DNA of 64,000 nucleotides from Salpingoeca rosetta (Eukaryota; Protista; Choanoflagellata): NCBI GenBank assembly GCA_033442325.1, contig JAWQFM010000021.1, positions 531,413 to 595,412 of the forward strand, read 5' to 3'. Shown piece by piece: positions 30,501 to 49,403 of this stretch (position 1 is its first letter; each line of letters starts with the position of its first letter). The notes under the pieces were generated by a model. It saw only the letters and a program-made list of their open reading frames with translations, ran no database searches and was not told where the DNA came from. The position numbers and the translations under genes were made by a program.

Positions 30501-30733
30501 ATGTGTGTGCGTTGTGTGAATGATTGGTGACAAGTGTAAACACCCACCCACGCACACACACACATATACAGGGTCACTCGCTTGTCAAAAATCACATCCC
30601 ACCCACCTCATCCCTTCCTCCTCCTTCCCCATCCCTTCTCAACTCGCACCTTGTCCATGCCATAAAACGCGGAGAAGGCGACTGGCTGCTCGACCGATGG
30701 CCGAGCGTCCAACACACACAAACACATCACCAT
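28826..30733 (-). CDS. AP5S1: AP-5 complex sigma subunit-like
   Basis: Hand-spliced small exons give MVMCLCVL...VAFSAFYG...EGGFRMEPGRAVDRPKFVLWYQHGSLIVFTVAELSENIVLLQ...MDAYLKVFLPQGQAILFN. This parallels animal AP5S1 (GAFRL, RTVVW, ENLLL, RFLPHGQLLFLN). Confidence 0.75.
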
Positions 30734-30859
30734 CACCAACCACCGTTGCTCGTTGCTCGTCGCTTGTTTGCTTCAAGTCCTGCCGAATCTGCCGAATATT
30801 GTTTATGTTAACAACAATTATCTACAAACACATCAGCTTGCTTGGCTTGCTTGCTGGTG

Positions 30860-33082
<2,223 letters not shown>

Positions 33083-33461
33083 GGTTTGGGGCGAGCGGTC
33101 CCACCCAGCTGTGGTGATGTGCTGTTCTCGGTTGGAGAGAGGGGAAGGGAGAGACTGTGCTCTTCGTGATGTGTGATGTGACACAGACAGAAGACTGTCG
33201 TATGGCCGGCTGGCTGGCTGGCTGGGGGTTGTTTGGTTCGCAGCGCGCAACGTGCAGCAAGTGGCTAATGTACACAATTTATCGTGTCGTCGACAGCCCA
33301 CTTTCGCGGAACGTGATGCCTTTGCTGTCTTCTGTCTGCCTCCTGCTGTTGTCTGTTGTTGTCTTCCTCCACCACTGTCACATTGTCACATTCACATCGC
33401 ACGCTCTCCAACCAATCGTCTTCAACTTCCCTGTTACCCATCGCCATTGAAGCTCGCGACA

Positions 33462-35140
33462 ATGTCTGATGAGGAGCAGAAGCGAGCGATTGCAGCGGTT
33501 GGAACCGCTGTGGTTGAATTGCTGCAGGCCAGCGTGTATGCCATCTTGGCCACCCGAGGCGTGTATCCGGCACACCTGTTTGAGAAGAGGCTGGTGTTTG
33601 GGGTGCCCACCTACTGGCCAAGGGCAGAGGCACTGGAAGACTATGTTCGCAATGGCGTCACATTTGTTCAATCAGTGCTTCAACAGGTGAGGTTGCTGTG
33701 TGTGTGCGTGTGTGTGTGTGTGTGTGTGTCTGTGTATGTGTGTGTGCGTGTATCTGTGTGTGTGTGCGTGTGTGTGCGTGTATCTGTGTGTGTGTGTGTG
33801 CGTGTATCTCTGTGTGTGTGTGTGTGCGTGTATCTGTGTGTGTTTGCATGATGCGCGATGTGTGGGTTTGACGTGTCGTGCGTGCATCACCCACTGCAGC
33901 CACTCACCCAACGACAAACAACTGCCACCAACACAACACTGCCCACACACTACTGTTTGCTTGCTCTAGGGCAAGCTGTTCAACTTCTTTGTCACAATTT
34001 TGAACAAGGTACAGTTGCATCTTGCACAGGAGTGTGTGCACAACGTTTGGTTGAGCTTGCGAAAGTCATAGTCTGCTGCAAGTCTGTGCCTGCAGCAGAT
34101 ACTTATGGCCCTCTCCTCCACCGATCCGTCCGCCTGATCCATCAAAGAGCTCACAAATCCCCAACTGTTTGGCAATGCAGGGTGGAGACCCAGTGGAGCG
34201 GTTCATATTCGACATTGACGCCGCATCGCCGTGAGTGAGACGTACATGCATACATGTATATCTGATTATGAGTTTGGATGAGTTTTGAGTGGTGTTCAGG
34301 GAATCCCAATGTATTTGCGAGGTAGTCCTGAATGAGAAGTCTCACCCGCACACTCACTCGCCCACTCACTCGCTCACACTCACACTCACACTCACACTCA
34401 CACTCACACTCACACTCACACTCACATTCACTCACTCACTCACTCTCACTCTCACTCTCACTCACTCACTCACTCACACACTCACTCACTCACACACACA
34501 CACACACTCTCTCTCTCTCTCTCTCACCTACTCACTCACTCATATGAACGCACACACTTACTCACTCACACACACGCACACCTGAACGCATGACAGGGAT
34601 GGGAAGCATATGGTGGCTGTGGATGTGCTGGAGCGACAGTTCCGCAGTGTGCTGGTGAAGCTGAGCATGTGCGATGCCCTCCTCTCCGACAAAGGCGACG
34701 GGCTGCAGTTTGCGCTGTACGCCACTACCGATTGCGAAACGGAGGCTGTGGCTGCGCGACATGAGACAAACCCCTGGATTGTCGCAGATCAGCAAGACTG
34801 TGGCCCACACACGCACCAACCAGCCGTGTTACGTAACACCACCACCAGTACCACTGATGTGGTTGAGATTGATGACGATGACGATGATGACGAGGTAGAA
34901 AACGGTAATGGAACTCGCGGTAGCAGCGGCGATGGCGGCGATGTTGGGGGTGACCACATGAGGTCTGCCAGGGGTCAACTGGCAGCGAAGAAGGAGCAAA
35001 ATGAGAAGAAGAAGGAAGCGCAGCAACAACAGCAACAGCAGCAACAGCAACACCAACAACGGCAACACCCGCGCATGCAAGTCTTGAAACGCGTTGCTGC
35101 ACACCCACTGTCCATCCTCGTGTATGCAGAGGAAGTGTGA
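33462..35140 (+). CDS. REV7: HORMA-domain protein REV7/MAD2L2 (DNA polymerase zeta accessory subunit)
   Basis: ILATRGVYPAHLFEKRLVFGVP, LEDYV, PVERFIFDI, LERQFRSVLVKLSMCDALL and NPWIVAD across four exons. Confidence 0.88.
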
Positions 35141-35190
35141 CACACTTCATTCATGTTGCGCTGCATAGGAAGTGGGCACCAACAAGCGTA

Positions 35191-35290
<100 letters not shown>

Positions 35291-35972
35291 GCGTGCGTGT
35301 GTGGGTGGGTGTAATTTATCTCTGAATGCCTCTCTTCCCCCCCCCCTCTCTCTCTCTCTTTGTCTCTCTGTACATCCTCAACCACACAACAGGCAGATGC
35401 ATCGCCGTGTGTGCTTGCCATATCGTGTTCTTGGGATGTTTGTTGTCGCACAACTCTCCAACCCCTCCTTGGTTGGCTCTTGAACGTGTAACTGGCATTA
35501 TTATACGCTACCATCCCACCCCACCACTCGTCCTTCCCATCCATCCTCACTGTCTCATGCTGGGAAAGCGGGTGTCATATTGGAGGAGAGATGATGCTGA
35601 GGCGCGCATCTCTCACATGCAGCGCAGTTGGTGATGACACGCGGAAACAGCGTCGCTGAAGAGAAACCAGGGTGGAGAAAGCACAACGCCGAAACAATGG
35701 GCAAGCCACCAAGCACAGAACGAAACATCTGAACATGAACCAGTCATAGCAAACCAGCGTTGAGAACCCGAGACAGCACGCACGCGCCTCTGGCATCAAG
35801 GCAGCCACACGAGCAGATGAGCAACAACGAAAAACAGCGCCGCCAATGAACAAACGAAAGCGAACACAAGTGCCTGCAGCTCTCACGTTGGAGACACAGA
35901 GAGATTGTGAGTGTGTGTGTGAGAGACAGACAGAGAGAGAGAGAGAGTGTGTGTGTGTGTGTGTGTGAGTGA

Positions 35973-36048
<76 letters not shown>

Positions 36049-36181
36049 CGTCACCACTTCACCGGAGAGAAGAAAGAAACCACGGTGCAACCAGCAACCA
36101 CTAGCCGGCAACCAGAAGCATGAAACACGCCACCAGCCAGACAACTCCTGACATCATCACATCCCCCCCCCCCTTCCGAGA

Positions 36182-38781
36182 TCACTCGTCATCCTGTTGC
36201 ACTGATGTGGGAACAGCGAGCGTTTCCACGTTGGTTGGCGCAACGTCAATGTAGCTGCCTTCATCTGCCTCGTTCTCAGCCACGTTCTCCACCGCCCCGT
36301 CCTTCTCACCATCACCATCACCTTCACCATCACCACCATCACCGCCATCAGCATCGTTCGCCTTGGCCTGCAGCGCCTCTGAGCTGCGGTACATGGGGTT
36401 CTGCTTTGTTGAGGAGTCGTTGAAGGCGGGAGCGTCATACAGCCCGGTATCCTCCGCTGCGTTGTACAGCGTGTTCAGCTCCTCCACGTCCCCGTTCTCG
36501 TTGTACATGGGATTGGAGAAGGACACAACGGGTCGCGCACCGGTCTTGCTGTCATCTGCGCTCTTCTTGCTGTCCGCGTCGCGCAGGGCGTCTGCCACGC
36601 GCGGGTTGCGGCGGCGGTTGCGCATCACAATCAGCACCAGACCGGCAACCAGCAGCACCCCGACAGCAGAGCCAACACCAACGCCAACCTTCTCACTGTC
36701 GTTCAGCACACTCCCGGACCTTGAGCCGGGTCCATCGTTATCATCATCATCGTCGTCGTCGTCGTCGCCATCATCATCATCATCATCGTGGTCATCATCG
36801 GCATCATCGTCATCAGCAGACGACAACACTGCCAGCACGAGCGTGCGCACCTGATTGTAGACCGAGTCGAACATGGCCGCAACATCCGCCTCATACTGTG
36901 CGTCGGAGAAGCTGCCATCAACATTGCACCGCAGGCCGCACCCGCCAATGCTGGCATAGAACGTGGTTTCCACCCTTGCCTTCCAATCGCTCAGGGGCAG
37001 CGGCGGTGATGCAAGCGCAGCGCTCGTCAGGTCGGCCAGCGTCACGGCGCGGGTGCAGTTGGTGTCGATGCCGCTGGTGAAGCTGAGGCACGTTGGCTCC
37101 TCCGGCTTGAACACGGTGACAGCGGCGTTGAGGAACGTGGCTAGCTCTGAGAAGCGCTCCGAGGAGGATGGTAGCGTGCACTCGGGCGATGTGTCGGATG
37201 CCGTGCACGCCTTGTCCCGCAACATGGGGAAGATGATGCTGACAATCATGCCACTTGCCGTTGAGGCCACCTCCCTTCGTTCAACAACTGCTGGCCTGAT
37301 GCGGACCTGGTCACCGCTGATCTTGGTGATGGGCGGGGTGCCGCTGAGCGTGTCCGCAATCAGGTTGCGCAGGGTGTCGTCGTTGTACGACTGGAACAGC
37401 CGCGTCAGCATGGTTGGTGGCAGCAGGTCGCCCACGCTAAACTCGACAGTCACCGTGGCTGTCTCCACGCGGTCGGCCGCATCCATGGCAGAGTCGAGGC
37501 CGGACAAGTACGCGCACGCGCTGGTGGTGTTCACCTGCAGGCACGCCTCGACCGTGCGGTTCCTAATGTGTGAGGTGGATGCCCTCCAAGCCAGCAGCTC
37601 AAGCACCTCGCGCGGCCCCGGGGCAAGGGTGTCGAAGGAAGCCACGCTGGCAATCGCATCAACAGCAATGGCGGGGCCCGTGACTCTTGCGGCAAAGGCG
37701 AGCGTATCCGACGATGGCGCATATGTGAGGTTGCAGCTCGCACCGGGGGCAAAGCGCAAGTCCGGCAGCACTTCTGCAGCAAGCCGGGTCATGTGGTGCT
37801 TGACGGCCTCGTTGTCTGCGCTGCCGAGGGCGTTGAGCTGGGGTTCCACGGCAGCCTGAAGCTCTGGCGACAGGCTCAAAATGGCCAGAGGCTTGAACGT
37901 GTACGCGACGAGCTTCTCTTTGGGCCTGCGGGCATCATTCAGGGTGCTGTTGACGGCCATGATGGCGAGTTCGTTCGCCAGCGCTTCGTCGGCCAGCTGT
38001 TGCTCCAGGGACGGGCACGTTGAGAAGCACACGCAGGCGCGCTGCTGGACGTCAAACTGTGCCTCCAGTTCGCACGTGAGCCGATCCATGCTCGAGTTGC
38101 CGCGAGAAAAGTGGATGCCGCTGCCTGACCCGTAAGCCGGCGACGACTGCAAACCACAGTGCATGAATGCACGAGTAAGGGGAAAAGCGGGGTTGGGAGG
38201 GAGGTTGAGGGAAGGTGGGAAGATGTAAGGAGAGAAGTGGAGGGTGAGAGGGTTCATGGCACATGGTACATGACACTTGTGTAAGGTGATGACATACAAT
38301 GCGTATGTATGTGTGTGTTGGGGGGGGGGGAGGTATGACACCCCCGTTGTGAGACAACACGAACAGACGAGAGATTAGAGTCAGGTGAAAGTGTCAACTG
38401 ACAAAGGATGGCGGGAGGTGCTCGTCGTTGGCGAGTGCAACGCGGACACTGTCCAGCGTCAGGGATGTGATTGGGGCGAAGGAGCCTGTGAAAATGTGGT
38501 ACGACGATGTCATTGGGAAGAATGCATCATCCTCCATGCACGGCGGGCGCGTGGTATTGAAGGACGTCTCCCAGTTCTGTCACAGCGAGGAAAGGGAGAA
38601 GAGCACATGGTGCGTGTGTGTGTTGTGATGGGTGTGTGTGTGTGCAGTGGACCGGGATTGGTGAGAGGTGTCATGTCGTAGGCTCGTGAGGGGAGGTTGT
38701 TGCTGAGGAGACTGATCAAGACAGGGGTACCCAATCTATCAGTCGCACGCACCCCCACACCCCCACACAAACAAATACTTA

Positions 38782-38823
<42 letters not shown>

Positions 38824-39283
38824 TATCACGTACCTTGTGGCAGTTAAAGTCGCACTCTGGGCGGTAAGTCTGACCACCGGTGAACACAGTCACGTCAGCA
38901 TCGTCCGTGTTGGCGTCGACATCGCTTGGGTGGGTCTTGTGGAACACCATCTGGGCACCGTGAGGTGCAAACTCCAGCACGCCGTTGTCTGCAAACACAA
39001 TTGCCTGCTTGGTCGCGTACTTGCCAGCATGGACGAGGGACGTGACTGGCTTCCAGCCATCAGTTTGGTGCTTTGGCCCAAAGTACACGGTTGTGGTCAC
39101 GGCATCGTCCTGGTTGTGGCCGACAACCACAGGAGCGCCGCCATCCCAGTTGGCGTCGTTGTTGAAGTTGGTGTTGCATCCGTCCTCTTTCCACGTAAAC
39201 ACGGCGCCATGCACATTGACGCACATTAGCATGCCAATAAGGAGCACCGCAGCGCTCACAGCAGCACCGCGTCGGGCCATCAT
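36182..39283 (-). CDS. Amnionless (AMN)-like type I membrane protein, ~862 aa
   Basis: Exons 39283-38834, 38576-38403 and 38146-36182, all phase 0. Signal peptide; W..NTNFNNDANW, IVFADNGVLEF, RPPCMEDDAFFPMTSSYHI and CVC match AMN (WVPNTDFDVAANW, LLPLDGELVL, RVPCRHDDVFFPPSASFRV, CVC). Acidic stalk, TM VGVGVGSAVGVLLVAGLVLIVM, tail with FSNPMY and QNPMY. Confidence 0.82.
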
Positions 39284-39285
39284 GC

Positions 39286-39347
<62 letters not shown>

Positions 39348-39661
39348 GCTGCTGCTGCTGTCGTGGGCGTGTAAATGGGTTTGTCAATGCTCGCACACAA
39401 GTACGCTTTGATTGGTGTTGTTGTGAAGGGCTGAACGTGCAGGGGTGAATGGAAATTTAGTTACAGAGCCAACGAAACGTCGGAAGAATAACGCGGATTC
39501 AAAAAATATCGAAGGTGGGGGTGGGGCCGGGACAGTGACACACAGACACACAGGCACACAGACACACGACACACAGACACACACACACAGACACACAGAC
39601 ACACAGACACACAGACACACACAGATCAGAAGCAACGAGGGAGGAGACGTGGCGGCGCCTC

Positions 39662-41753
<2,092 letters not shown>

Positions 41754-41808
41754 CTTGCTTGTCGTTGTTGTTGATTTGATGACTCATCACCACTTTCAAT
41801 CCTCCTTG

Positions 41809-41892
<84 letters not shown>

Positions 41893-42034
41893 CCTTCCTT
41901 CCACTTCCACCACACGCATGGTTGTCATCATTGGTGGTGCGCCGCCACCAAGCAAGCCAAAATGGGTACGTGTAATCGAAGCACGAGCCGCCAAACGTAA
42001 CAAAGGGAGAGATGCCAAGAAATGGAGACAAGGA

Positions 42035-42094
<60 letters not shown>

Positions 42095-42157
42095 CTTGAT
42101 GTCAGCAAACAAATTTGAGAGCAAGAGGATGATGATTCCCGGTGATGACGACAGCAA

Positions 42158-42253
42158 CTACACGTCCAGTGCGGAGGAACTGCTGTGCTCGCCCAGCTTG
42201 GGAATGGTGACAGAGTACCCATCTGTATGAACGTGAACGTGAACGTGAACGTG

Positions 42254-42288
<35 letters not shown>

Positions 42289-42601
42289 AGAGTATACTAA
42301 TCGTGGATACTCGCCGGTTTTAGTACTGATGAAATTGAGGCCTTGAGCACATCGGGTGAACGAGGTCATTGCACATGGAGAACCTATGGTGTCGCTGGTC
42401 CCGGTTCCCCTCCATAAGTGGCGTATTGGGTTAGCTCGAGTTACTTCACAGTGATGAGAGATCACTTGCTCCGCGGATGCAACGCAACGATGTATCTGTC
42501 GAGACAGCTATTCACGACTGCGACGTGGGCTAGCATCTCATAAAACGATCGATGCGGTAACTATAAGCTTCTTCTTTGTGTCGTAAACACACACACGCAC
42601 A

Positions 42602-42663
<62 letters not shown>

Positions 42664-43372
42664 GCCAACGCACAAATACAAATGGACATACAAGCCCCCC
42701 TGGCCCCAAATTCACATCCCCACACAGTGATCACCCATTCATGCATTCAAACCTGCGGTCTTGATGAATTGGGGCACGGGGTCTGGCTCGATGGTGCCGT
42801 AAATGGCAATTGGGCGGTGCGTGTCGTGCACAAAGTACAGCGTGTCCTTCACATGCACCTGGATGTAGTGGTGCACCTGAAGCCATGACAGCAAACCATG
42901 GCAGGAAGGTGTGCACGGGCATGGGAGTAGAGCGTGGAGTGAGTGCTTGTGCAATTGTCCTGGGCAACCAACCTATGATCGTAGCACACACATGCACAAT
43001 GTTACCCCCCTCCCCTCCCCCCCCCCACACGCTCACACCATGTGCGAATACACTGGCCAGACACCAAAACATTGATTGCATGTGTGCAAGCGTGGCCACC
43101 ACAGCGCGACCACCCGCAAACACACCAAGTAGCACGTGCGCACGAGACGCGTGACAAATTCCGGAACGCGGTGACCCGAGGGAAAGTAGACCACTAGGTC
43201 ATTGTCGCCGCGCAAGTGAATGACACACACGGCATCCAGGTTGGACGTGACAGTCACCGCGTCAATCTGTGTCAGTGGCACAGGCTTTGTGCCCATTCGA
43301 AAGCCTTTGACAGGGTCGAGTTTGTACAACCCGTCACGCGCTAGCACCAGCGCACGCAGCTGCGTCTTGCCC

Positions 43373-43447
<75 letters not shown>

Positions 43448-43837
43448 GGTTGTTGTTGTGGTTGTTGTTATTGTTGTTGTTGTTGTTGTTGTGGTTGTTG
43501 TGGTTGTTGTTGTTGGTGAGACAAGCGTGACAACTCAAGTCAACATGGGTGCACACATGTTCGTGTGGTTTTGCACGCGGATGTACGCGTGCGTATATGG
43601 AAAATCAAAACATGTGCGTGCATACACGTTTCCAGGTGTGCGTGTGTGCTGCTGCTTACGCGGTGGCTGAGCTTCTGTACGGGGCTGGAGAACACGAGAT
43701 GCTGGCACATGCCCTGCTGTCGCAGCGTTGCCAGCGACTGCATGTACGCGTCCAGCGCCCGGTTCCTGTTGGGATCCGCAAGGTAGTCGCCTGATGGCCC
43801 GAGGTGGTGGAGGTGGTGATGGTAATGATGGTTGTCG

Positions 43838-43905
<68 letters not shown>

Positions 43906-45449
43906 ATGGGAGAGTGCGGATGAGGTGACGCGTGGTTGTGACGCCAACAATCACGTGGCAGAAGAGAACTGCAGCAAGAGCACAAATGCTCCCTCTCAAT
44001 CACCCGACAAACTCCTTCTCTCCCTCACGTGCGCGCAACATGTATGTGTTGTGATGTGTTGTGATGTGTGAGGCGCCACGCACCCTTCCAGTTGAGGTCG
44101 TGTGCCCAATACGGTACACGCGCATGGAAGATGATCATGCCCAGCACCTTCAGCCGCAGCCGCTCAACCGTCTTCGCATCCAACCTGCCGCCCACAGCAA
44201 TGCGTGTGCGTGTGTGCGTGTGTGCGTGTGTGCGTGTGTGCGTGTGTGTGTGATGTGCGCATGATGGAAGTAAACGACAGTTCGAGGAGGGCGAAAACTT
44301 GAGTAAGGAGGTGCGAAGCACTTGCCCCCCCCCCACACACACACAGGCACGCACGCCACGTTACCTGGAGATGATCTTGCGGGCACGCCAGCGCTGGTGC
44401 ATGAACTTGAGACGGGTGATAAAGTCATGGAGAACGGCGGGCGGCGTTGGCCAGGTGTAGTCGCGACCGAGGTTGGGGTCGCTCGACACATTCGCAAACA
44501 GACGCAGCACCTTCACAAAGAAGAACCGCATCTGTCGGGCAGGAAGAGAAGTGTGCATGTGTGTTTTTGTGTATGTGTGTTTGTGTATGTGTGTGTTTGT
44601 GTGGATGCGTGTTTGGGTATGTATGTGCATTCGTGTTTGTGTATGTGTGCGTGTGTGTGAATGCGTGAATGTGCGAAGGTGTCGGTTTGGCCTTTCGAGC
44701 GATTGCACCGTTCCATACAACACGAACATGGATGAATAGCAGGACGCGCACCTTGAATTTCTTGAATGCGCGCTTGATTACAACGGCAGCGCGGAGGCGG
44801 CGCACGTACTTGCGAGCAATCCACGCGCGCCAGCGTGCCTGCAAGCGCGGTGGAGCAATTGCAACGTTTGCACGAGTGAGTGAGAGGAAGGGTAGCGAGT
44901 ACGTGCGTGCAGTAGTCGTGTACGGGCAACGACAACCAGACAGGCACGGTCGAACACTTGTGCATGCACACACAGGAGCAATATCGCAACACAGCACAAC
45001 ACAGCACAACACAACACAATACAACACAACACAACACAGACACACACATACACACATACACACACACGCAAGCAACAGGGGCCAATGCAGCACCTGGACG
45101 AAGGTAACAAGGTCTGGAATTTTCTTCTCGCGTGCAGACTCGAGAAGGGCGAGCGTGCTGGGCTGTCGGATAAACAGCTTAGTGTTGCCGAGCGCAACGT
45201 CGTGGTTGTCGTTGGGCGCCAGGCGGAGGTCAAATGCCTCCAGAATCAACTTTACGCCCTGCTTCGTCGTGCCCGCGCTGCAGCGCAGTTAAATGTGTGC
45301 GCATGTGTGTGTATGTGTGTGTGGCGTCAACCCAGAGAACTAGCTAGCATGGTTGCGGTGACACACGCGCAAAGGTAGATCAAACACAAAAACACACAGA
45401 TACAGATACTCACAGTCACACAAACACAACATCACGCCATCACACCAAA

Positions 45450-45524
<75 letters not shown>

Positions 45525-45851
45525 ATCACATGGGCCCGCACGTGAAGTTTGGCCAAGTCTGGCTGCAGAGCATCTTGTATCGGGTGAGAAAGTGTTCATA
45601 TGTCTGGCGGTTGGCGTATCCGGCGCGCCGCACGCGCACGTTCTCCATCAGGCCGAGATACCGCACCTGGGGCGCAGCGCAGGGGAGGCGAGGCCATGTG
45701 TGCGTGTGTGTGTGGGGGGGGGAAAGAGGTTGGAGTAAGTGGGGCATGTAGATTTGTATGACGTATGTTACGTGAGACGTAAGTGCGAGGATAAGCGCAT
45801 GTGACCAACACGATACGGACGTGTGATAGCACACACACACACACACATACG

Positions 45852-45938
<87 letters not shown>

Positions 45939-46771
45939 TCTGTGCACACCTGGTGCCTGACGCGTTCGGTGTTGAACGACGATGACGACTTTGTCTCGTT
46001 TGGTTTGATGCAGCGCACGTAGAACGGCTCCTTCTGTGCCAACTGCTCAACCAGCGCCCCCATCGACGTCTGATGGCAGTGGTGTTGTGTACAAGAGGGG
46101 TGGTGACGAATGGGTGGAGTGAGAGGTGTGTGGCCAACACTTATACACGCACACACACACACACACACGCACACACACAATATACTTGGCAAGTGCACCG
46201 CGTCACCTTGAATGCTTTGCCGGCTGTGACGGGCCGCTTGGTGACGGCGCGAATGTCGCGGGCGCCGTCAGGGAACAGCTGGTGGTGATGATGATGATGG
46301 TGGTGATATCGTGGTAAGCGCAAGTGAACATGCTGAGCCACACGTTACACAAGTCACAATCATGCACGCATGCATGCACACACACACACACACACACACA
46401 CACAACAGGCACCCATACACGCACATACACACACATGCACACACACGCCACCACACCTCCTTGATGACGGGGTTGTGCGAGGAGTACATGAGGCGCTTGA
46501 GGTCTTGGAAGAGCGTGTCCTTGTTCTTCTCCAGGAAGCCGTCCACTTTGTAGATGACGTCGCCAGCAAAGTGCTTGAGGCGGAAGTCTTCGTTGCGCTC
46601 CAGGTCCTTGTCCTTGTTGTTCGTCTGTCGGCTGCTGTAGTGGTCGTGCTTGGCCAGCTGCTGGTCCATCGCCTCAAGGAACGTCCTGTCCGTGCGCCGC
46701 CCAACCTGACGCATGTGTGACACGTGCGTGCGAGCGTGTGTGCGTGTGAGCGTGTGTGCGTGTGAGCGTGC

Positions 46772-46858
<87 letters not shown>

Positions 46859-47991
46859 TGACACATGACAACACGCGACTGTGGTGTTTGCCCTCTTCAC
46901 CATCATCATCACCACCACGACCAACGCCACCACCACGGCGACGACGACGCCGACCACCACCACCACCATCATGAACACCACCGCCTTTCGCACCATGAGA
47001 CACTGCTCGTCGAGGATGGAGAGGATGCCGCGCCGCCCGTCCTCAATCAGATCACAGATGACGCGATTGTTGAAGAACTTGACGTCCGTCCACGTGATTC
47101 CTTCCTTCCGGTACTCCTCCTAAACGCATTTAGTTGGGAAAGGGGCGGGACGGACAGCGATGGGGTCGTGTGAGCACGTACACGGGTGAGTATGCATGGG
47201 TGTTTGGTGGGACAGAGGAGGTTGGTTCTGGACCAGACACTGTACTTACACACAAAGACAGACAGACAGACACACACACACACACACACACACAGATACT
47301 CACAAACAGACACATTCACACAAGCGCACGGACCTGTTCGCGCTTGAGAACGAGTTCGATGAAGAGCTGCTGCAGTTTCTCGTTGCAGTAATTGATGCAC
47401 AGCTGCTCAAAGCTGGCGGCACCAATGGGGCACGGATGAATGTGTGTGTGTGCATGATGTGGAGCGAGTGAGTCCCTCAACTAGCCCGAAGAACTCACAG
47501 TGCATGCGTGTTCATTATGTGTGCGTGCGTGCGCGCGCGCGCGTGTGTGTGCATGAATGTGTTTTCATGTGTGCGGGTGAGCGCACCTGTTGTTGTCGAA
47601 GATTTCAAAGCCGTAAATGTCGAGCACGCCGATGACGGTTTGTCGCGCGCCGTTGCCAGTTCGCACCTGAAATTGGGGACGAGAAAATGGTGTAGGAGAG
47701 GCGGGGAGGGGATGTGGTGAAGTGGTGATGGCGGTGGAATTGGAGTGGAGGTACAGGCCAAGCGACGAGCTCACTCAACAAGAAACCGCACACACACACA
47801 CATGTATATACACACACAACCAACCAACCAACCAAAACAAACAGCCGCCAACCTCGATGGCGTCGTTGATTGTCTTGACGATGTGTGTGAATGTGCGATC
47901 GTACATCGCCTGCGAGAACAACAGCGCACAAGCGAGGAAGTGGTGGGCAACAGCAGCAGGAGTGGCAGCAAGAGGAATGATACGATGTCCA

Positions 47992-48033
<42 letters not shown>

Positions 48034-48533
48034 CGCACCTTTGCGAGTGCATCGCGTGCGTGTGTGGCCTCTGTTTTCGTGAGCGGCTTCACCACAACCT
48101 CACCGCGCGCAGCAACCACCCTGACAATGGTAACGGCAATGGTGGCGAACGACTGAATCATGAGAATTAATAAGAGCAGAGATTAAGCACACACAGAGGG
48201 AAGCGAAGGAAGCGCGCATCCGTGTCGCACACACACACACACACTGCACACACACACACACATCCCTCCTCCTCCCTGCCACTCCGAACCCCGCCTGCAC
48301 CTGTTTGTGAGCGCCTCCACGACGGTGCCTGGCGACGTGTCGAGCAGCAGCGCCACGCGGTTGACAATCTGCTCATTGACGGGCTTGCACGTGTCGCCGT
48401 TGTCTGCAAACGTCACGTTGCCAAGGTGCAAGATGGCAGCAACAATGTGCCAGATGGTCGAGCGCGTGTCGTCGCTGAAGCCAATGCGCTTCATCGCCTG
48501 AGAGGTGTTTGCGTATGTATGTACGTGTGTGTG

Positions 48534-48579
<46 letters not shown>

Positions 48580-49349
48580 TGTGTGTGTGTGTGTGTGGTT
48601 TGTGTGTGTGTGTGTGTATGTGTGTGTGTGTGTGCAGGTGAATGAGTTTGGCAAGCTTGTACGAACACGAAAACAAGCCAACACAACAACAACACCAACC
48701 ACCACTTGCAGTATGGGCTACCTGCACGGCTGCCTTGAAGTCTGCCTTGTCGTTGATGCGCTTGACCGTTGTCACGTCACCGCCGCACGCGTACGCAAAC
48801 TGGCGCGCATCCCGCTGATGATGGTGATGGTGATGGTGATGATGGTGATGGTTGCCGTGAGCAGCGCGTCGAAACAAAACAGAGCCGTGAAGACGACGCA
48901 AATTGCACTGCATGCAACAACGAGCACAAGAACAAGCACAAAAGCAAGAAGAAGAAGAAGAAGAAGAAGAAGAAGAAGAAGAAGAAGAAGAAGAAGAAGA
49001 AGAAGAAGAAGAAGAAGAAGAAGAAGAAGAAGAAGAAGAACAACAACAACAACAACAAGAGCAACACCACCAACGCTACCGTCACCACCACCACCATCAG
49101 CAGCAGCATCAGACCTGGAGGCCGAGGGTCCTGAGGTGGGCGTCGTCGGCGCCGGCGAGGAGCTGGTAGAACACGTGGAAGTTGCGCTCGCCCTCCTGGC
49201 ATCCGCAATTGTGATGGTCGGTGGTGGCGGTGGTCGTGGATGTACGCAAGTGGTGAGACGAAGTTCACACGTACATGGTAGACATACGTGCACACACACC
49301 TGCACACGCACACACACGCACGCACACACACACACACACACACACCTGC

Positions 49350-49403
<54 letters not shown>

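Noticed and set aside
42099-42230. Small plus-strand ORF MSANKFESK...
   Set aside because: It overlaps the antisense of the myosin I last exon.
42287-42530. U3 snoRNA or hammerhead ribozyme interpretation
   Set aside because: Box A, B and D are not convincing, and CTGATGA is not followed by a stem and GAAA.
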